From: Patescibacteria group bacterium
GTDB lineage: Bacteria > Patescibacteriota > Minisyncoccia > Phycocordibacterales > UBA1006
DNA length: 64,000 nt
Reading direction: 5' to 3'
NCBI GenBank assembly: GCA_028286885.1
Contig: JAQBQS010000016.1
Coordinates: forward strand, 2,809 to 66,808
Part shown: piece after piece, positions 27,512-37,712 of the stretch
Numbering within the stretch: position 1 is the stretch's first letter
How the letters are laid out: each line of letters starts with the position of its first letter
Notes under the pieces: model-generated
The model's input: the letters and a program-made list of their open reading frames with translations, nothing else
What the model was told of the DNA's origin: nothing
Database searches by the model: none
Translations under genes and position numbers: made by a program

Positions 27512-28015
27512 TTATTCACCTGTCTCCATCTGCGCCGCTTTCAAGCTTTTCTTCATGGCCGCCGTCAGAACCTTGTCCGCATGCTCTTCCTCGGCAAGCG
27601 TTTCCGAAAGAAGTTTTGCGGCATCAGTAAGTCCGAGCGCTTTGGCTTCCTCGATGGCGGTCATATAGCCGGCCATCTCATAATGCTCGGCATAGCGCGC
27701 GGCACCTGCGATCATGCTGTCCTTGATAGTATCAGGAGCTTCCTGCTTCGTTGCCCACTGGCCGTCTTCGATAATGCCGCGGATTCCCTCGCATGTCGTC
27801 TTGCGGGAACTCGTTCCTAATATTTCGAAAATCTGATCAAGTCGCGCGCTGTGGTTTTTCGTTTCCTCGAGATGGTCCAAGAATCCATGGGCGAGTTCGG
27901 GGTCGGATGATGCCTTTGCAAGTTTCGGTAGCGCCTTTTCAAGTTGCTTTTCGATGTCGTAGAGTGCCTGGATCTTGAGCGTAAATGCTTTTGTCGGAGT
28001 TGTAATCGTTTTCAT
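27512..28015 (-). CDS. ferritin-like DUF892 (YciE/YciF-type) protein
   Basis: ...ALYDIEKQLEKALPKLAKAS...ELAHGFLDHLEETKNHSARLDQIF... four-helix-bundle pattern of the DUF892 family. Confidence 0.45.
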   Translation of the reverse strand: MKTITTPTKAFTLKIQALYDIEKQLEKALPKLAKASSDPELAHGFLDHLEETKNHSARLDQIFEILGTSSRKTTCEGIRGIIEDGQWATKQEAPDTIKDSMIAGAARYAEHYEMAGYMTAIEEAKALGLTDAAKLLSETLAEEEHADKVLTAAMKKSLKAAQMETGE

Positions 28016-28207
28016 AATGTTCTTAATGTGATTAAGCTGGTAATTATGATAGAGACGGGCAGGGGTCCTGCCACTCTTAATTATAACTCCGGCATAAATT
28101 ACTCTTCAAGGGTCCGGTGTGCACTAAAAAAAGCCTGTGAGAGGCTGTACAAAATCTTTCTGCCTTCTTTCCACAAAAAATGCGATCTGTCGGGATCGCA
28201 TCAGAAC

Positions 28208-29536
28208 CTAGCTTTTCTTCCACTTCCATTCCTTCATCGGCCCGTTGATAAATCCGACGAGCCGTTCCGAGAGCGGGGGTTGGAATGCGTAGGGAGCTAC
28301 TTGGTCAATTGAAATTGCGCCGCTGTTTAAATTTCTGACGATGTCTGAAAACTCGGACTCGTGTCGTTTGAAATTGCTGTCGAGCCAAATGACGCCTTGC
28401 GGATCAATATGACAATCGGCTTTCAAAAGCAACGAGTCCCAATCGCAGCTGTCGATGAACGGGAACCAGCACAGTCCGTGAAATGCAATGCCTGATTCCG
28501 AAAGCATGTCTTGAAGCTTTATGCATTCTTGGTACATATATATGAACCAAGAAATCCTGTCCGTAATCGTTCCGCGAATGTTCGTCTCGCTGATCATGAT
28601 CGGCAGCCGGTAACGCTCCGCATATTGCATTGCAACCTGTGCGCAGCCGATCGGCTGTTCGTTCTCTCGCCGGCGCACGCCTGACGGATCGTTTGCATCC
28701 TCGACATATTCGAATTCGCAGTGGGCATAGTAATCAAGTCCCAGCACGTCGATGATTACGGGCGAATGCGCGAAGCTTTCGATTTCCTCGCCGCTCATTC
28801 CTTTCCTGAACTGCTCGTACAATAGATGTTCATGATTTACTCTTCCAAGAAGCAGGTCGAGCAGTTGGAATCTTGTGTTGTTGCGATGTTCGGCGTACGC
28901 TGATGATTTCTCATCGAAGCCCCTGTGATATTCCGATGCATCAATGTAGACATGCGTGCAGCCGCGGTCTCGCAGCACATGACTGATGTCCCTGATCGCG
29001 AACGCCACGTTCCGAAGGCTTTTGTAAAAATGATCATCGTCCGCGTGGAACGGATACCAGATTCCCGCACGTTCGCAGAAAAATGTCGTGACCAAGGGTT
29101 CATTAATAATTGTGTATTTTTTTGCCCAAGGATACCTCGTCAGTAGGTGCTTGATGAAGCGCTCGTAGAGTTTGGGAAATCCGGAATTTGAAAATCCGCC
29201 CACGAGCCATCTTGGAAATGACGTGTGATGCAACGGATCCATGATGGGATCGAGCCCGAGCTCGCGTATCGCGTGCATATAGTTGTCGAGCCATGTCCAA
29301 TCATATCTGCCCGGCGCATATTCAATCCGATGCCAGGGAATTCCTGCACGGAATGTCGAGATTCCCGTTTTAGAGAGCAGTTTCAAATCTTCGGAATAAT
29401 ATTCGTAATGAAGCGTTTCCTCTAAAACGTCGCGCACGCCTTTGCGCGGTTCGCCCCTTTGGATAATGCGTGTTGTTTCAAAGCCTGTAATTATCGGGAA
29501 TGCGGGCTTTTTCTGTGGTGCCGTAGTATGTCTCAT
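28208..29536 (-). CDS. glycoside hydrolase family 1-like (divergent beta-glucosidase fold) protein
   Basis: TIINEP (acid/base Glu NEP motif) and later ISETNI (nucleophile region analogous to ITENG); 442 aa. Confidence 0.45.
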   Translation of the reverse strand: MRHTTAPQKKPAFPIITGFETTRIIQRGEPRKGVRDVLEETLHYEYYSEDLKLLSKTGISTFRAGIPWHRIEYAPGRYDWTWLDNYMHAIRELGLDPIMDPLHHTSFPRWLVGGFSNSGFPKLYERFIKHLLTRYPWAKKYTIINEPLVTTFFCERAGIWYPFHADDDHFYKSLRNVAFAIRDISHVLRDRGCTHVYIDASEYHRGFDEKSSAYAEHRNNTRFQLLDLLLGRVNHEHLLYEQFRKGMSGEEIESFAHSPVIIDVLGLDYYAHCEFEYVEDANDPSGVRRRENEQPIGCAQVAMQYAERYRLPIMISETNIRGTITDRISWFIYMYQECIKLQDMLSESGIAFHGLCWFPFIDSCDWDSLLLKADCHIDPQGVIWLDSNFKRHESEFSDIVRNLNSGAISIDQVAPYAFQPPLSERLVGFINGPMKEWKWKKS

Positions 29537-29709
29537 AATATTTTATTTTAATGGTACTGTTCTTTTTTAACTTATAAAAAGATGGATTTTTTGTCAAGAT
29601 TACTCGCAATTTATTGACATAAATCATTCCAAGTGCTACTTTAATATCAAGATAGTTGTTTAACATGCCAAACTGAACTGTCATTTCTTTACCTTCAATC
29701 CAGTTACTG

Positions 29710-30519
29710 ATGAAAAAATCACTCAGCCTTTTTGTTCTCGCGCTTGCCGGAGGAATATTCTTTTCCTCGTGCAGCAATAATGCCAACAGCTCATCGTATC
29801 AGTCGAGCACTGTCGCTCTCGATACGCCGCCGACCATTTCCCCGATTCCGCAAGAGCACGACAGGGCGAAGCTTTTTCAAAGAATGAGCGCGGCAAGGCG
29901 GTGCGCACTGCGCCTACTCGAAGAATACAAGCGCGATTCTGCCCTGAATCCGCAAATCGAAACAGTCGTAAAGTATGCCACGTTCTATAACGGGGAAATG
30001 CTTCCGGGAAGCACGAACATGGTTTATCATCCGCTTGATTCGTTTCGCACGCCGATGATGGTTGTTGCCGTTGACCCTTCCGGCATAGCAACTGTTAAAG
30101 GGTCAGACGCTTCCGCGGTGCTAATGCTTACTGTCGGGCCGTTTAAAACGGACATGTCGCCTCAAAGCATGAGCATACTAATCAACAGGCAATTGCTTTT
30201 TGAATTCGACACGCTCTATCTGGGTTCCGCACTGATCCACGAGGCCATCCATGTTCTCCAAGGACCTAATCGGGCAAGCATGGGAGACTTAGAGTTTGAG
30301 CCCTACGCGATTCAAACAAGAATACTGAAACATCACTTGTCTGTTGAGCAAAAAAAGATCTACGAACTACATTTGGCGGCACAGAAAAAGCTGCCTTATA
30401 ACGTGGCTCAACTAGACAAAGATAATTCTGGATGGATCACGGAGGTGTTCGGTTCCGCGAACGGATACATCGACAAGTTCGGCTTTGATGTTTACGGAAG
30501 CCGGTGGTACACCCACTGA
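29710..30519 (+). CDS. lipoprotein with HExxH zinc-metallopeptidase motif
   Basis: Lipobox FFSSC; LIHEAIHVLQG contains HEAIH. Confidence 0.4.
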   Translation: MKKSLSLFVLALAGGIFFSSCSNNANSSSYQSSTVALDTPPTISPIPQEHDRAKLFQRMSAARRCALRLLEEYKRDSALNPQIETVVKYATFYNGEMLPGSTNMVYHPLDSFRTPMMVVAVDPSGIATVKGSDASAVLMLTVGPFKTDMSPQSMSILINRQLLFEFDTLYLGSALIHEAIHVLQGPNRASMGDLEFEPYAIQTRILKHHLSVEQKKIYELHLAAQKKLPYNVAQLDKDNSGWITEVFGSANGYIDKFGFDVYGSRWYTH

Positions 30520-30799
30520 CCGTGCTGAACGAAAGGAGATTATCACAAGAATAGCTCCCCCAAACCCGTCGGTTGTCGACGGGTTTTTATTTATCTTCCA
30601 ACGATCTCCACAGCATTTCAAACTTCGCTCGAACAGGTTGAATTTAAGAAGACGGAGCAAGATTGACAAAACGAATTATTATTGATAATGTCAACTCAAT
30701 TATAAGTTCCTTGTCATGGGGAATTATTCGTTGCGTCTTTCTTGCATTTCTTATGCAAGCGGAGATGGTGCGATTTTTTCAAACAATTAAAAAATAACA

Positions 30800-32353
30800 A
30801 TGGAAAAAGCATTACGAGGAGGAAAGGAGCTAGGTCTTCTTGAACTTCAACAACACGCCCAAAAGTTCGGTTATTCCATACCTGAATTCTTTGTATTGCC
30901 AGAAAGTGGCAACGAAGAGGAAATAGCTGGAATTTCCGATCACTTCAACGGCAAGAACGTTATTGTCCGGTCCAATTCTCTTATGGAGAATGCCGAGTTC
31001 GGCTTCGATGGAATCTACAAAACTATCGTTGTCGAAAACTGCAACCTGTCGAAACTCAAAGAAGCATGCAAAGAAGTCTCGGATTCACTGTTCTCCGAAA
31101 CTGCCATCGCATATCGCAGCAAGGCTGGGATTGCGCATGACTCCATAAGAGTAATCGTGCAAAAATTTATCGACCAGAGCGAAACCGGTTCCGGCAAGGA
31201 ACTGAAATATTTCGTTATGGAAACGTCGGTAAACGCTCAAGGTGATATTTCGATTGTAACAGGCAGCGAATACGACTTCGTTAATAGCGGTGCCGATTAC
31301 GAAGAAATGCTGCTTGATAAGGACGGAGAAACAATTATGGCCCCTAACAAATTCCTTCTTTTCGGAACAGAGCGAGTATTAACTAAGCTGCAGCAAATCG
31401 CAGCGGGACTTAATGGAGTATTCGGGCCTGTCTCCTTAGAGGGTTCATGCATCAGGAACAAAGAAACTCGCAATGTAGAAATCTTTTTGTTTCAGCGCAG
31501 GTTGCTGCCGAAAGAAATTTACCATGCGCAGCCGGAAACGGTCCCGGCCAAGTATGCCGACAGGGACATTTTATTCCGCTCAAGTACCTACAGAGGGGCG
31601 GGAAAGCTGGAAAACCTTCCCGTTATCGTGATGCCCGGAATAGACAAGGTGAGCGTTTGGGAAAACGAACTGCGCAGCCGCATCAGCCAATTCAAGTCTG
31701 ATGTGATTCTCTTCGTGCCATCGATGGCATTGGGCGTGCTGAGCGTAAAGATTCTCAATGACTACTCGGTATTGACGGGCGTCAAAGCGATTATCTCCCG
31801 CGAAAAAATCGATTATTCCTCCCACGCATTCAAAGTCGCATCTCTGGCGCGCATTCCGTTTGTCTCGATAGGAGATTTTTCTCGCGTTGAAACCGTTAGC
31901 GCCGGCTCCCTGTTTTTCACTGAAAACGAAGCCGTGTTCTGCATAGACGAGATACGGGATGAATTTAACTTTGTTCGCATCAAAAAGTCCGCTGCGGCAT
32001 CGCTGGCGACATTGCTGAAAAGGAAAGGAATCACGGTAAAATTTTCGGAAGAGGAACGAAAGCTCGGATTTCAGCTCGATCTTAATCATTTTTCGTTTGA
32101 CGAGCTCAAGGTCTCATTCCACAGACTGTTGGAGGACGTTTCCGGGGAGGTATGGCTATTAACCGGAAACGGCGTAAACATAGGCTTCGTGTGCGAGAAC
32201 TCAAAAGGCCACGTCATCAGGTATTCCGGATGGGCCAATTACCTCCACAAGGAAGGGCATATGAGGTTAGACAATTTCGACGAACGTTTTGAAAATAACC
32301 GGATTGAATGGAATCTGATTCAGAAGATCGCCGTGCAGCTTGATGGAGCCTGA
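30800..32353 (+). CDS. PEP-utilizing enzyme N-terminal (PPDK_N-like) domain protein
   Basis: VIVRSNSLMENAEFGFDGIYKT resembles the VRSSA(T/E)EDxxxxSFAGQ nucleotide-binding region of PEP synthase/PPDK; 517 aa. Confidence 0.35.
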   Translation: MEKALRGGKELGLLELQQHAQKFGYSIPEFFVLPESGNEEEIAGISDHFNGKNVIVRSNSLMENAEFGFDGIYKTIVVENCNLSKLKEACKEVSDSLFSETAIAYRSKAGIAHDSIRVIVQKFIDQSETGSGKELKYFVMETSVNAQGDISIVTGSEYDFVNSGADYEEMLLDKDGETIMAPNKFLLFGTERVLTKLQQIAAGLNGVFGPVSLEGSCIRNKETRNVEIFLFQRRLLPKEIYHAQPETVPAKYADRDILFRSSTYRGAGKLENLPVIVMPGIDKVSVWENELRSRISQFKSDVILFVPSMALGVLSVKILNDYSVLTGVKAIISREKIDYSSHAFKVASLARIPFVSIGDFSRVETVSAGSLFFTENEAVFCIDEIRDEFNFVRIKKSAAASLATLLKRKGITVKFSEEERKLGFQLDLNHFSFDELKVSFHRLLEDVSGEVWLLTGNGVNIGFVCENSKGHVIRYSGWANYLHKEGHMRLDNFDERFENNRIEWNLIQKIAVQLDGA

Positions 32354-32397
32354 AAGCTCTTTGAACCGACTCATTCGTGAGCGGTTTTTTATTTCCT

Positions 32398-33321
32398 TCA
32401 ACCAATCCCAAGAAGCTCGGAAAGCTTTTTCTTGGACCGTTCGTACTTGTCTTGTTGATTTGAATACGCGTAGAAGCTCAGGCTTCCGAGTCCGATGTAC
32501 GCCTGGTAGCACAGTACGCGCTTGCGGAAATCGGGAATGTCTTCTTCCTTCAGGTTATGAAAATCCAGATATGCCTGTTCGTAATCGAAATCTTTCGTGA
32601 AGAACTGCATCCATGAGACGTCGTAAAGGAAGTCTCCGTACATCGAGTTCGCCCAGTCGATCACCCCCGTTACTTTTCCGTCCTTGGCCAGCACGTTGTC
32701 AAAGTTGTAATCCGAGTGGACGAGATATCTGACTTCGGGGCAGGCCGGAACCAGCTCCGCGTATTTGCCGTAGGCTTCGTTCCAGAAGTCTTTCTCCAAG
32801 ATGGAATTTTCAAAAAGACTTTCGGCGAATTCATCGACGTCGAGCAAGACGCCTTTCCATGTCTTATGCTTCGCCTTTCCGTCGGCGTCCCAATCGCCGT
32901 ATCCTTCGCTCTCGGATATGTCGGTCTTGTGAACGGAGTCGAGCGTTCCCAAGAGGCTCGGAAGCGACTCGTCGAATTCTTGATCCGAAAGATCTTTGAA
33001 AAGGGAACCTTCGATTTTTTGGGATATCGCGAAATGGTTGCCGTCCGGCAAGGTTCCGATCTCCTTGATTTCCGGAATCGGAAGCGCCGCCGACTTGAAA
33101 TGAACATAAGCGTAGAGGTCTTTCTTGAATGCGCGATCGCCATGCTTGTTTACGCGAAGGATGAGATGTTCTCCGTCGATTGCGAAGCTGAAGGCCTGCG
33201 AGCCTTCGCCCCCTGAAATGGCAGAAAGGTCGGAAACGGGCTTTCCGTAATGAGAAGCTAAAAAAGACTCGGCTTCGTCGAGGCTTACGCGCGTTTTATG
33301 GGTAGATGATGATGTGTCCAT
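32398..33321 (-). CDS. phosphotransferase (APH/choline-kinase-like) family protein
   Basis: Brenner motif HSDYNFDNVL and IDW (DFG-equivalent) in VTGVIDWANS. Confidence 0.55.
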   Translation of the reverse strand: MDTSSSTHKTRVSLDEAESFLASHYGKPVSDLSAISGGEGSQAFSFAIDGEHLILRVNKHGDRAFKKDLYAYVHFKSAALPIPEIKEIGTLPDGNHFAISQKIEGSLFKDLSDQEFDESLPSLLGTLDSVHKTDISESEGYGDWDADGKAKHKTWKGVLLDVDEFAESLFENSILEKDFWNEAYGKYAELVPACPEVRYLVHSDYNFDNVLAKDGKVTGVIDWANSMYGDFLYDVSWMQFFTKDFDYEQAYLDFHNLKEEDIPDFRKRVLCYQAYIGLGSLSFYAYSNQQDKYERSKKKLSELLGIG

Positions 33322-33351
33322 ATGGATTTCTTTTAGAAATAAGAATTGCTT

Positions 33352-33603
33352 TTATCGATGAATGCATCCCGCCCAGCAGCACGGCCGGCGCATACCTTTG
33401 CGCATCTTGTCGAGTCCGACTTCAATGCGGTGGGCGCGGGTCTCTTCCTTCTTTGCGGAAGTAACCCAGCAAATCCATTCGTTGCGGGCCAAGGGAGTTA
33501 TGTCCTGCCATACGTCCTTCACCTTGGAGTCCGAAGCGATAGCCTTCTTGAAATCATTCGGCAGCGTATGGACAGTTCCGTTCGGAAGAGAATTCTTGGT
33601 CAT
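33352..33603 (-). CDS. YdeI/OmpD-associated (OmdA) family protein
   Basis: ...DITPLARNEWICWVTSAKKEETRAHRIE... matches the OmdA domain core. Confidence 0.45.
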   Translation of the reverse strand: MTKNSLPNGTVHTLPNDFKKAIASDSKVKDVWQDITPLARNEWICWVTSAKKEETRAHRIEVGLDKMRKGMRRPCCWAGCIHR

Positions 33604-33669
33604 GGACGCAGTTTAGCAGGAAAAGGCTTTCTTGAAAATTTGTAATAAATGGCATAAGAAAAACAGCCC

Positions 33670-34314
33670 CTACGTCGGGACTGCTTCAAGTACTTCGATC
33701 GCCGTTGTAATCTTGGCAACGAGCGTTTCCATCGTCTCGCTTTGAATCTTGGAAAACATCGGCAGATAGATTGATGTCGTCTCGAGAATCTGGCTGGCTG
33801 CCCATTTCGTCTGGGGAGGAAGCGTGCGCAAGTTGTGCAGGCGGTCGACGGCTTTCAGAATCTGTGCATCCCCATCCTTGGCAAGTTCTGTGATATAGAA
33901 CTGGTACCATTCCTCTTTCGTATGGAAACGGATCTTGTCTTCCGACGGCTTGGTCAATGTCGTAACAAGTTTTGCAACGCGTTCTCCGAAGACGAGCGTG
34001 ATGCGGAACGTTGCAATTCTGATGAACTCGTCATATGAGCCTTTCACGTTTCCGAGAAGCGGCGAATCCTCGCCAACGTCATGTAGGAGAAATGCAATCA
34101 ACAAATCGCGATCATAGATTCCAAGTTCGTCCATGAGGATGATGCATCCAGCGCGAGGGTGTTCGAAATAACGACCACCGAGTTTGCGACTGTGCGTGCG
34201 GTGCGCTTCCTTGGACAAATCGTAGGCGAACATGATCAAGTCGATGTCATGTGCGGACATCTTGCTGATCAGGCGATCCATAAATGTTTGTCGTGTTTCG
34301 TTGATTTTTTTCAT
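33670..34314 (-). CDS. HD-domain phosphohydrolase, (p)ppGpp-hydrolase-like
   Basis: ...AHRTHSRKLGGRYFEHPRAGCIIL...AFLLHDVGEDS: His...HD motif arrangement of RelA/SpoT-type HD domains; 214 aa. Confidence 0.5.
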   Translation of the reverse strand: MKKINETRQTFMDRLISKMSAHDIDLIMFAYDLSKEAHRTHSRKLGGRYFEHPRAGCIILMDELGIYDRDLLIAFLLHDVGEDSPLLGNVKGSYDEFIRIATFRITLVFGERVAKLVTTLTKPSEDKIRFHTKEEWYQFYITELAKDGDAQILKAVDRLHNLRTLPPQTKWAASQILETTSIYLPMFSKIQSETMETLVAKITTAIEVLEAVPT

Positions 34315-34553
34315 ACATGTGTTGGGTTAGAGGTTGTTAATAGAGGGCACCATGTCGGGACTTCTGATTCGTTGCGAGTGTTGTAAGGCCTGCATGCGGT
34401 TGTGATGTTCTGGTTTGCCTTCGTGCAGTAGACCCTTACATCGTCGTCGCAGAACCAATCGTCAGGATCCGGATCGGCAAGCACCTTGTGGAAGGGGCAG
34501 TCCATGCAGTTGCTGATGTTGAGCGTTGCTTGCGGCTGTTGTTTTTCTTGCAT
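34311..34553 (-). CDS. small Cys-rich hypothetical protein
   Basis: 80 aa; CMDCPFHKV...WFCDDDVRVYCTKA...TACRP...WCP; 4-nt overlap with the HD gene. Confidence 0.3.
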   Translation of the reverse strand: MQEKQQPQATLNISNCMDCPFHKVLADPDPDDWFCDDDVRVYCTKANQNITTACRPYNTRNESEVPTWCPLLTTSNPTHV

Positions 34554-34729
34554 AGTTAGTTTTTTTGTTGAAAGAATGGGTTACGTTTTCACTCTAACAG
34601 TAAAAAACAACTTGTAATCAAGAAAAGTACAGTTTTTAGCCGGCGCATTAAAAAACTATTTACTTATATAGGTAGATAAGTTATATTATAAGTATCATTT
34701 TGTAAAAAAACATTTACAAACTATTACTT

Positions 34730-35485
34730 ATGAAATACTTGGAATCATTTAAAAAGCTTGGAATGACAGCCGATCAATCAAAGATCTATGAGGTTTTGGT
34801 TGCAATTCCGCTTGCGCCTGCGCGCATGATCGCGCAGAAAGCTCGCGTGGGCAGGGAGCTGACGTACGTTGTCCTCGGCCAGCTCGAGAATCTCGGACTT
34901 GTTGAGCGTTCAACGCAAGGCAAGATTATCTTGTTTCGCGCCAAGAATCCGCGGACGATTAAAAAACTTGTCGAAGAGAAGGAAGAAGAGGCATCAAGCG
35001 CACACAAAGCCTATCAAGATATCATCGGAAACTTGGTGAGCGATTACAACATGAACCACGGCAAGCCGTTCATTCGGTTTTACGAAGGCCTCGACGGACT
35101 GCAGAAAACATACGAGCATATCTTGAAGCATGCCAAGACGGTGTATGTGATCCGTTCGCTCTTTGATTATGAGCATGCCGAAATTCGGTCTGCGGTCGTT
35201 GCGCAGCTCGAAGCCCAGGCGAAAAAGGGAATCAGATCGTACGTCATCAGTCCGAAGCTCGACCACATGGGCTCTGAAAAAGTGACCCATAACATGACGC
35301 GCAACATCACGCGAAAGGTCGTTCCAAAGGAAAAGCTGACGCTGCCTTCGCAGATCGTGATTTATAACAATACCGTCAGTATTACCTCCATGAAAAAAGA
35401 AATCATTACTACAGTGATTGAAAACGACGATATTGCCCAAACATTCAAGAAGCTGTTCGATTATTTGTGGGAATCGGAAGTTTAA
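34730..35485 (+). CDS. TrmB-family transcriptional regulator
   Basis: N-terminal wHTH MTADQSKIYEVLVAIPLAPARMIAQKARVGRELTYVVLGQLENLGLVERS. Confidence 0.5.
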   Translation: MKYLESFKKLGMTADQSKIYEVLVAIPLAPARMIAQKARVGRELTYVVLGQLENLGLVERSTQGKIILFRAKNPRTIKKLVEEKEEEASSAHKAYQDIIGNLVSDYNMNHGKPFIRFYEGLDGLQKTYEHILKHAKTVYVIRSLFDYEHAEIRSAVVAQLEAQAKKGIRSYVISPKLDHMGSEKVTHNMTRNITRKVVPKEKLTLPSQIVIYNNTVSITSMKKEIITTVIENDDIAQTFKKLFDYLWESEV

Positions 35486-35537
35486 TATAACGACATATAT
35501 TTATTGTTTTACGATAAACTATATGCTACAGTATTCT

Positions 35538-36023
35538 TGTATGAAACAAAAATCAACCCTTTTCCTCAAAGCCGTCATTGTCATCTTTGGTCTTGCCGTG
35601 CTCGCATTGTGCGTTTTTGCCTTGCCGACCCTGTTCCATGGTCCGGTTGCGGCATATCCCGGTATGCCGTATGCCGAAACGTTTATCGGAATCATCATGT
35701 ATGCCGCGGCGATCCCGTTTTACATCGCGCTTTATCAAGGTTTCAAGTTATTAAACTATATCGATGCCAACAAGGCGTTTTCCGAATGGTCCGTCAAATC
35801 CCTCGGAATCATCAAGTACTGCGCGATTGCGGTCAGCGTTTTGTATTTTGGAATGCTGCCATTCCTGTATCCGATGGTCCAAGTCGAGGACTCGCCGGGC
35901 CTCATGCTGTTTGCGACGGTGTTTGCGACCGCGCCGCTCGTGATTGCGGTATTTGCGGCGGTTTTGCAAAAGTTGTTGCGAAGCGCGATTGATCTGAAAT
36001 CAGAGAACGATCTAACCGTTTAA
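35538..36023 (+). CDS. DUF2975-like membrane protein
   Basis: MKQKSTLFLKAVIVIFGLAVLALCVFALP... 4 TM helices; forms the known DUF2975 + XRE-HTH pair with the next gene. Confidence 0.4.
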   Translation, partial: CMKQKSTLFLKAVIVIFGLAVLALCVFALPTLFHGPVAAYPGMPYAETFIGIIMYAAAIPFYIALYQGFKLLNYIDANKAFSEWSVKSLGIIKYCAIAVSVLYFGMLPFLYPMVQVEDSPGLMLFATVFATAPLVIAVFAAVLQKLLRSAIDLKSENDLTV

Positions 36024-36027
36024 TTTT

Positions 36028-36237
36028 ATGGCAATCATCATCAATATCGACGTCATGCTCGCAAAAAGAAAGATGAGCGTTACCGAACTTGCAGAGAGAG
36101 TCGGAATAACCATGGCTAACATTTCGATTCTCAAAAATGCGAAGGCAAAGGCGATTCGGTTATCGACTTTGGAATCTATCTGCCGGGCATTGGAATGCCA
36201 GCCGGGAGACATTTTGGAGTACAAGCCGAATATATAA
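36028..36237 (+). CDS. XRE-family HTH transcriptional regulator (YozG-like)
   Basis: MLAKRKMSVTELAERVGITMANISILKNAKAKAIRLSTLESICRALECQPGDILEY. Confidence 0.6.
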   Translation: MAIIINIDVMLAKRKMSVTELAERVGITMANISILKNAKAKAIRLSTLESICRALECQPGDILEYKPNI

Positions 36238-36255
36238 ATATGCTATCCTAAAAGC

Positions 36256-37029
36256 ATGGAAAAAGAACCTAAAAAGCAAGGGAGAGATTTGATCAAGAAG
36301 GCAACGCTCTTCGTACCGACGATACTTGCCATGCATAATATAGAAGAGGCGAAAACAGTGCCTACACATCTCGATAATATGAATCCGTCGCATAATGAGG
36401 CGGCTTCAACGTACATCGAAAAGAGATCCGAGAAAGATGTTCCCTATCAGGAGGCGCTCGCGGCGCATGGACCTGATTCATTGCATATTGAAAAACAGGA
36501 TACGCATGCACAAGAGGGACAGACCGCAAATAGCAATACAGCTGAGACACACAACCCGCAGCCGGAGAGCACAGCTACAACTCCTGATGTTTCCAAGACG
36601 CCAGAACCTTCCCCTGCGCGAGCTGTTGAATCGCATCCTTCGGTTGAGATTGCTCCAAACGAAGTTCTCGGCTATCTCACGAAAATCATCAAGAAGGAGC
36701 TTCCGTTTATCTGCAAGCTCAAGGACATAACCGTCGAAGGATCCGACAACGGCAACAGCCTCAAGATCAAAGTCGTCGTCGGAGCTTTTGGAACAGAAGC
36801 GACCTATACGGGAGATTTGATAGGAAACAAAACTCTTGCCATCCAAAACGGTGTGCTTTTGCCGCAATCTGCCGAAAATACAGCAGGAAACACCGTCAGG
36901 TCCAAGCTCGCAAAAGCGCTCGAAGAACTTACGCGCCAGCTCAAGGAAAAGTACACAGGATCGCATCCGGGCTCGATTGCCGGACTTACGACAAGGGACG
37001 GAAAGCTCGCGATTGATTTTGAAAAATAA
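36256..37029 (+). CDS. hypothetical protein with low-complexity acidic/Thr-Pro-rich middle region
   Basis: 257-aa ORF. Confidence 0.3.
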   Translation: MEKEPKKQGRDLIKKATLFVPTILAMHNIEEAKTVPTHLDNMNPSHNEAASTYIEKRSEKDVPYQEALAAHGPDSLHIEKQDTHAQEGQTANSNTAETHNPQPESTATTPDVSKTPEPSPARAVESHPSVEIAPNEVLGYLTKIIKKELPFICKLKDITVEGSDNGNSLKIKVVVGAFGTEATYTGDLIGNKTLAIQNGVLLPQSAENTAGNTVRSKLAKALEELTRQLKEKYTGSHPGSIAGLTTRDGKLAIDFEK

Positions 37030-37118
37030 AAAAGCTAATTTGAAAAGAAAACGCTCGGGATTTTCCTTGAGCGTTTTCTTGTTCCTAAGGGAGGCAACGT
37101 TTGTGTTATGATTTAATC

Positions 37119-37679
37119 ATGAATAAAAAAACCGGCGGAGTTATTATCGCACTATTAGTAATCCTGATCGCGCTTGTTGCGTACGGGGTATTCAAGCCTA
37201 AACAGGTCAGTGTAAGTCCGGTTTTTGATGTTCCGACACAGGAAACGCCTATGATTCCCGCACAGCCGCAGACAGCTACCATTGTAGCTCCCTCTACTCC
37301 GTCCGCCGCAATTGCGCAAAACGCAAAGTTGTACAAAGCTTCGGGATTCTCGTTTCAATACGACAAGGACGCGACAGTCGAAGTTCAGTCGTATTCGTCA
37401 GGCTCCCTGTTTTATAACGTCTTCAAAGTCGGCGGCGTCATGGAATGGACGAGGTTGTTCAATGAAAAAATTACGTCATACGAATCATTCTGCGGTCCCG
37501 GAAATCCTACTCACACGTTTATCGCCAACAACAAGACATTTACCTACTGCGATTCGAGAGGCGAGCCGGGACGAACCTATTTCTACGAGAAAAACGGCAA
37601 GACCGTCATGATCAGCACGCAGGGAACCAACGGAAAGGCGTATTCCAACATCATTCCGGAATCTGTAGAGATAGATTAA
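37119..37679 (+). CDS. membrane-anchored extracytoplasmic hypothetical protein
   Basis: N-terminal TM helix GGVIIALLVILIALVAYGVF; start set at MNKKTGG. Confidence 0.35.
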   Translation: MNKKTGGVIIALLVILIALVAYGVFKPKQVSVSPVFDVPTQETPMIPAQPQTATIVAPSTPSAAIAQNAKLYKASGFSFQYDKDATVEVQSYSSGSLFYNVFKVGGVMEWTRLFNEKITSYESFCGPGNPTHTFIANNKTFTYCDSRGEPGRTYFYEKNGKTVMISTQGTNGKAYSNIIPESVEID

Positions 37680-37712
37680 GTTATTTATTCAAATTAAGAT
37701 CATTACATTCTT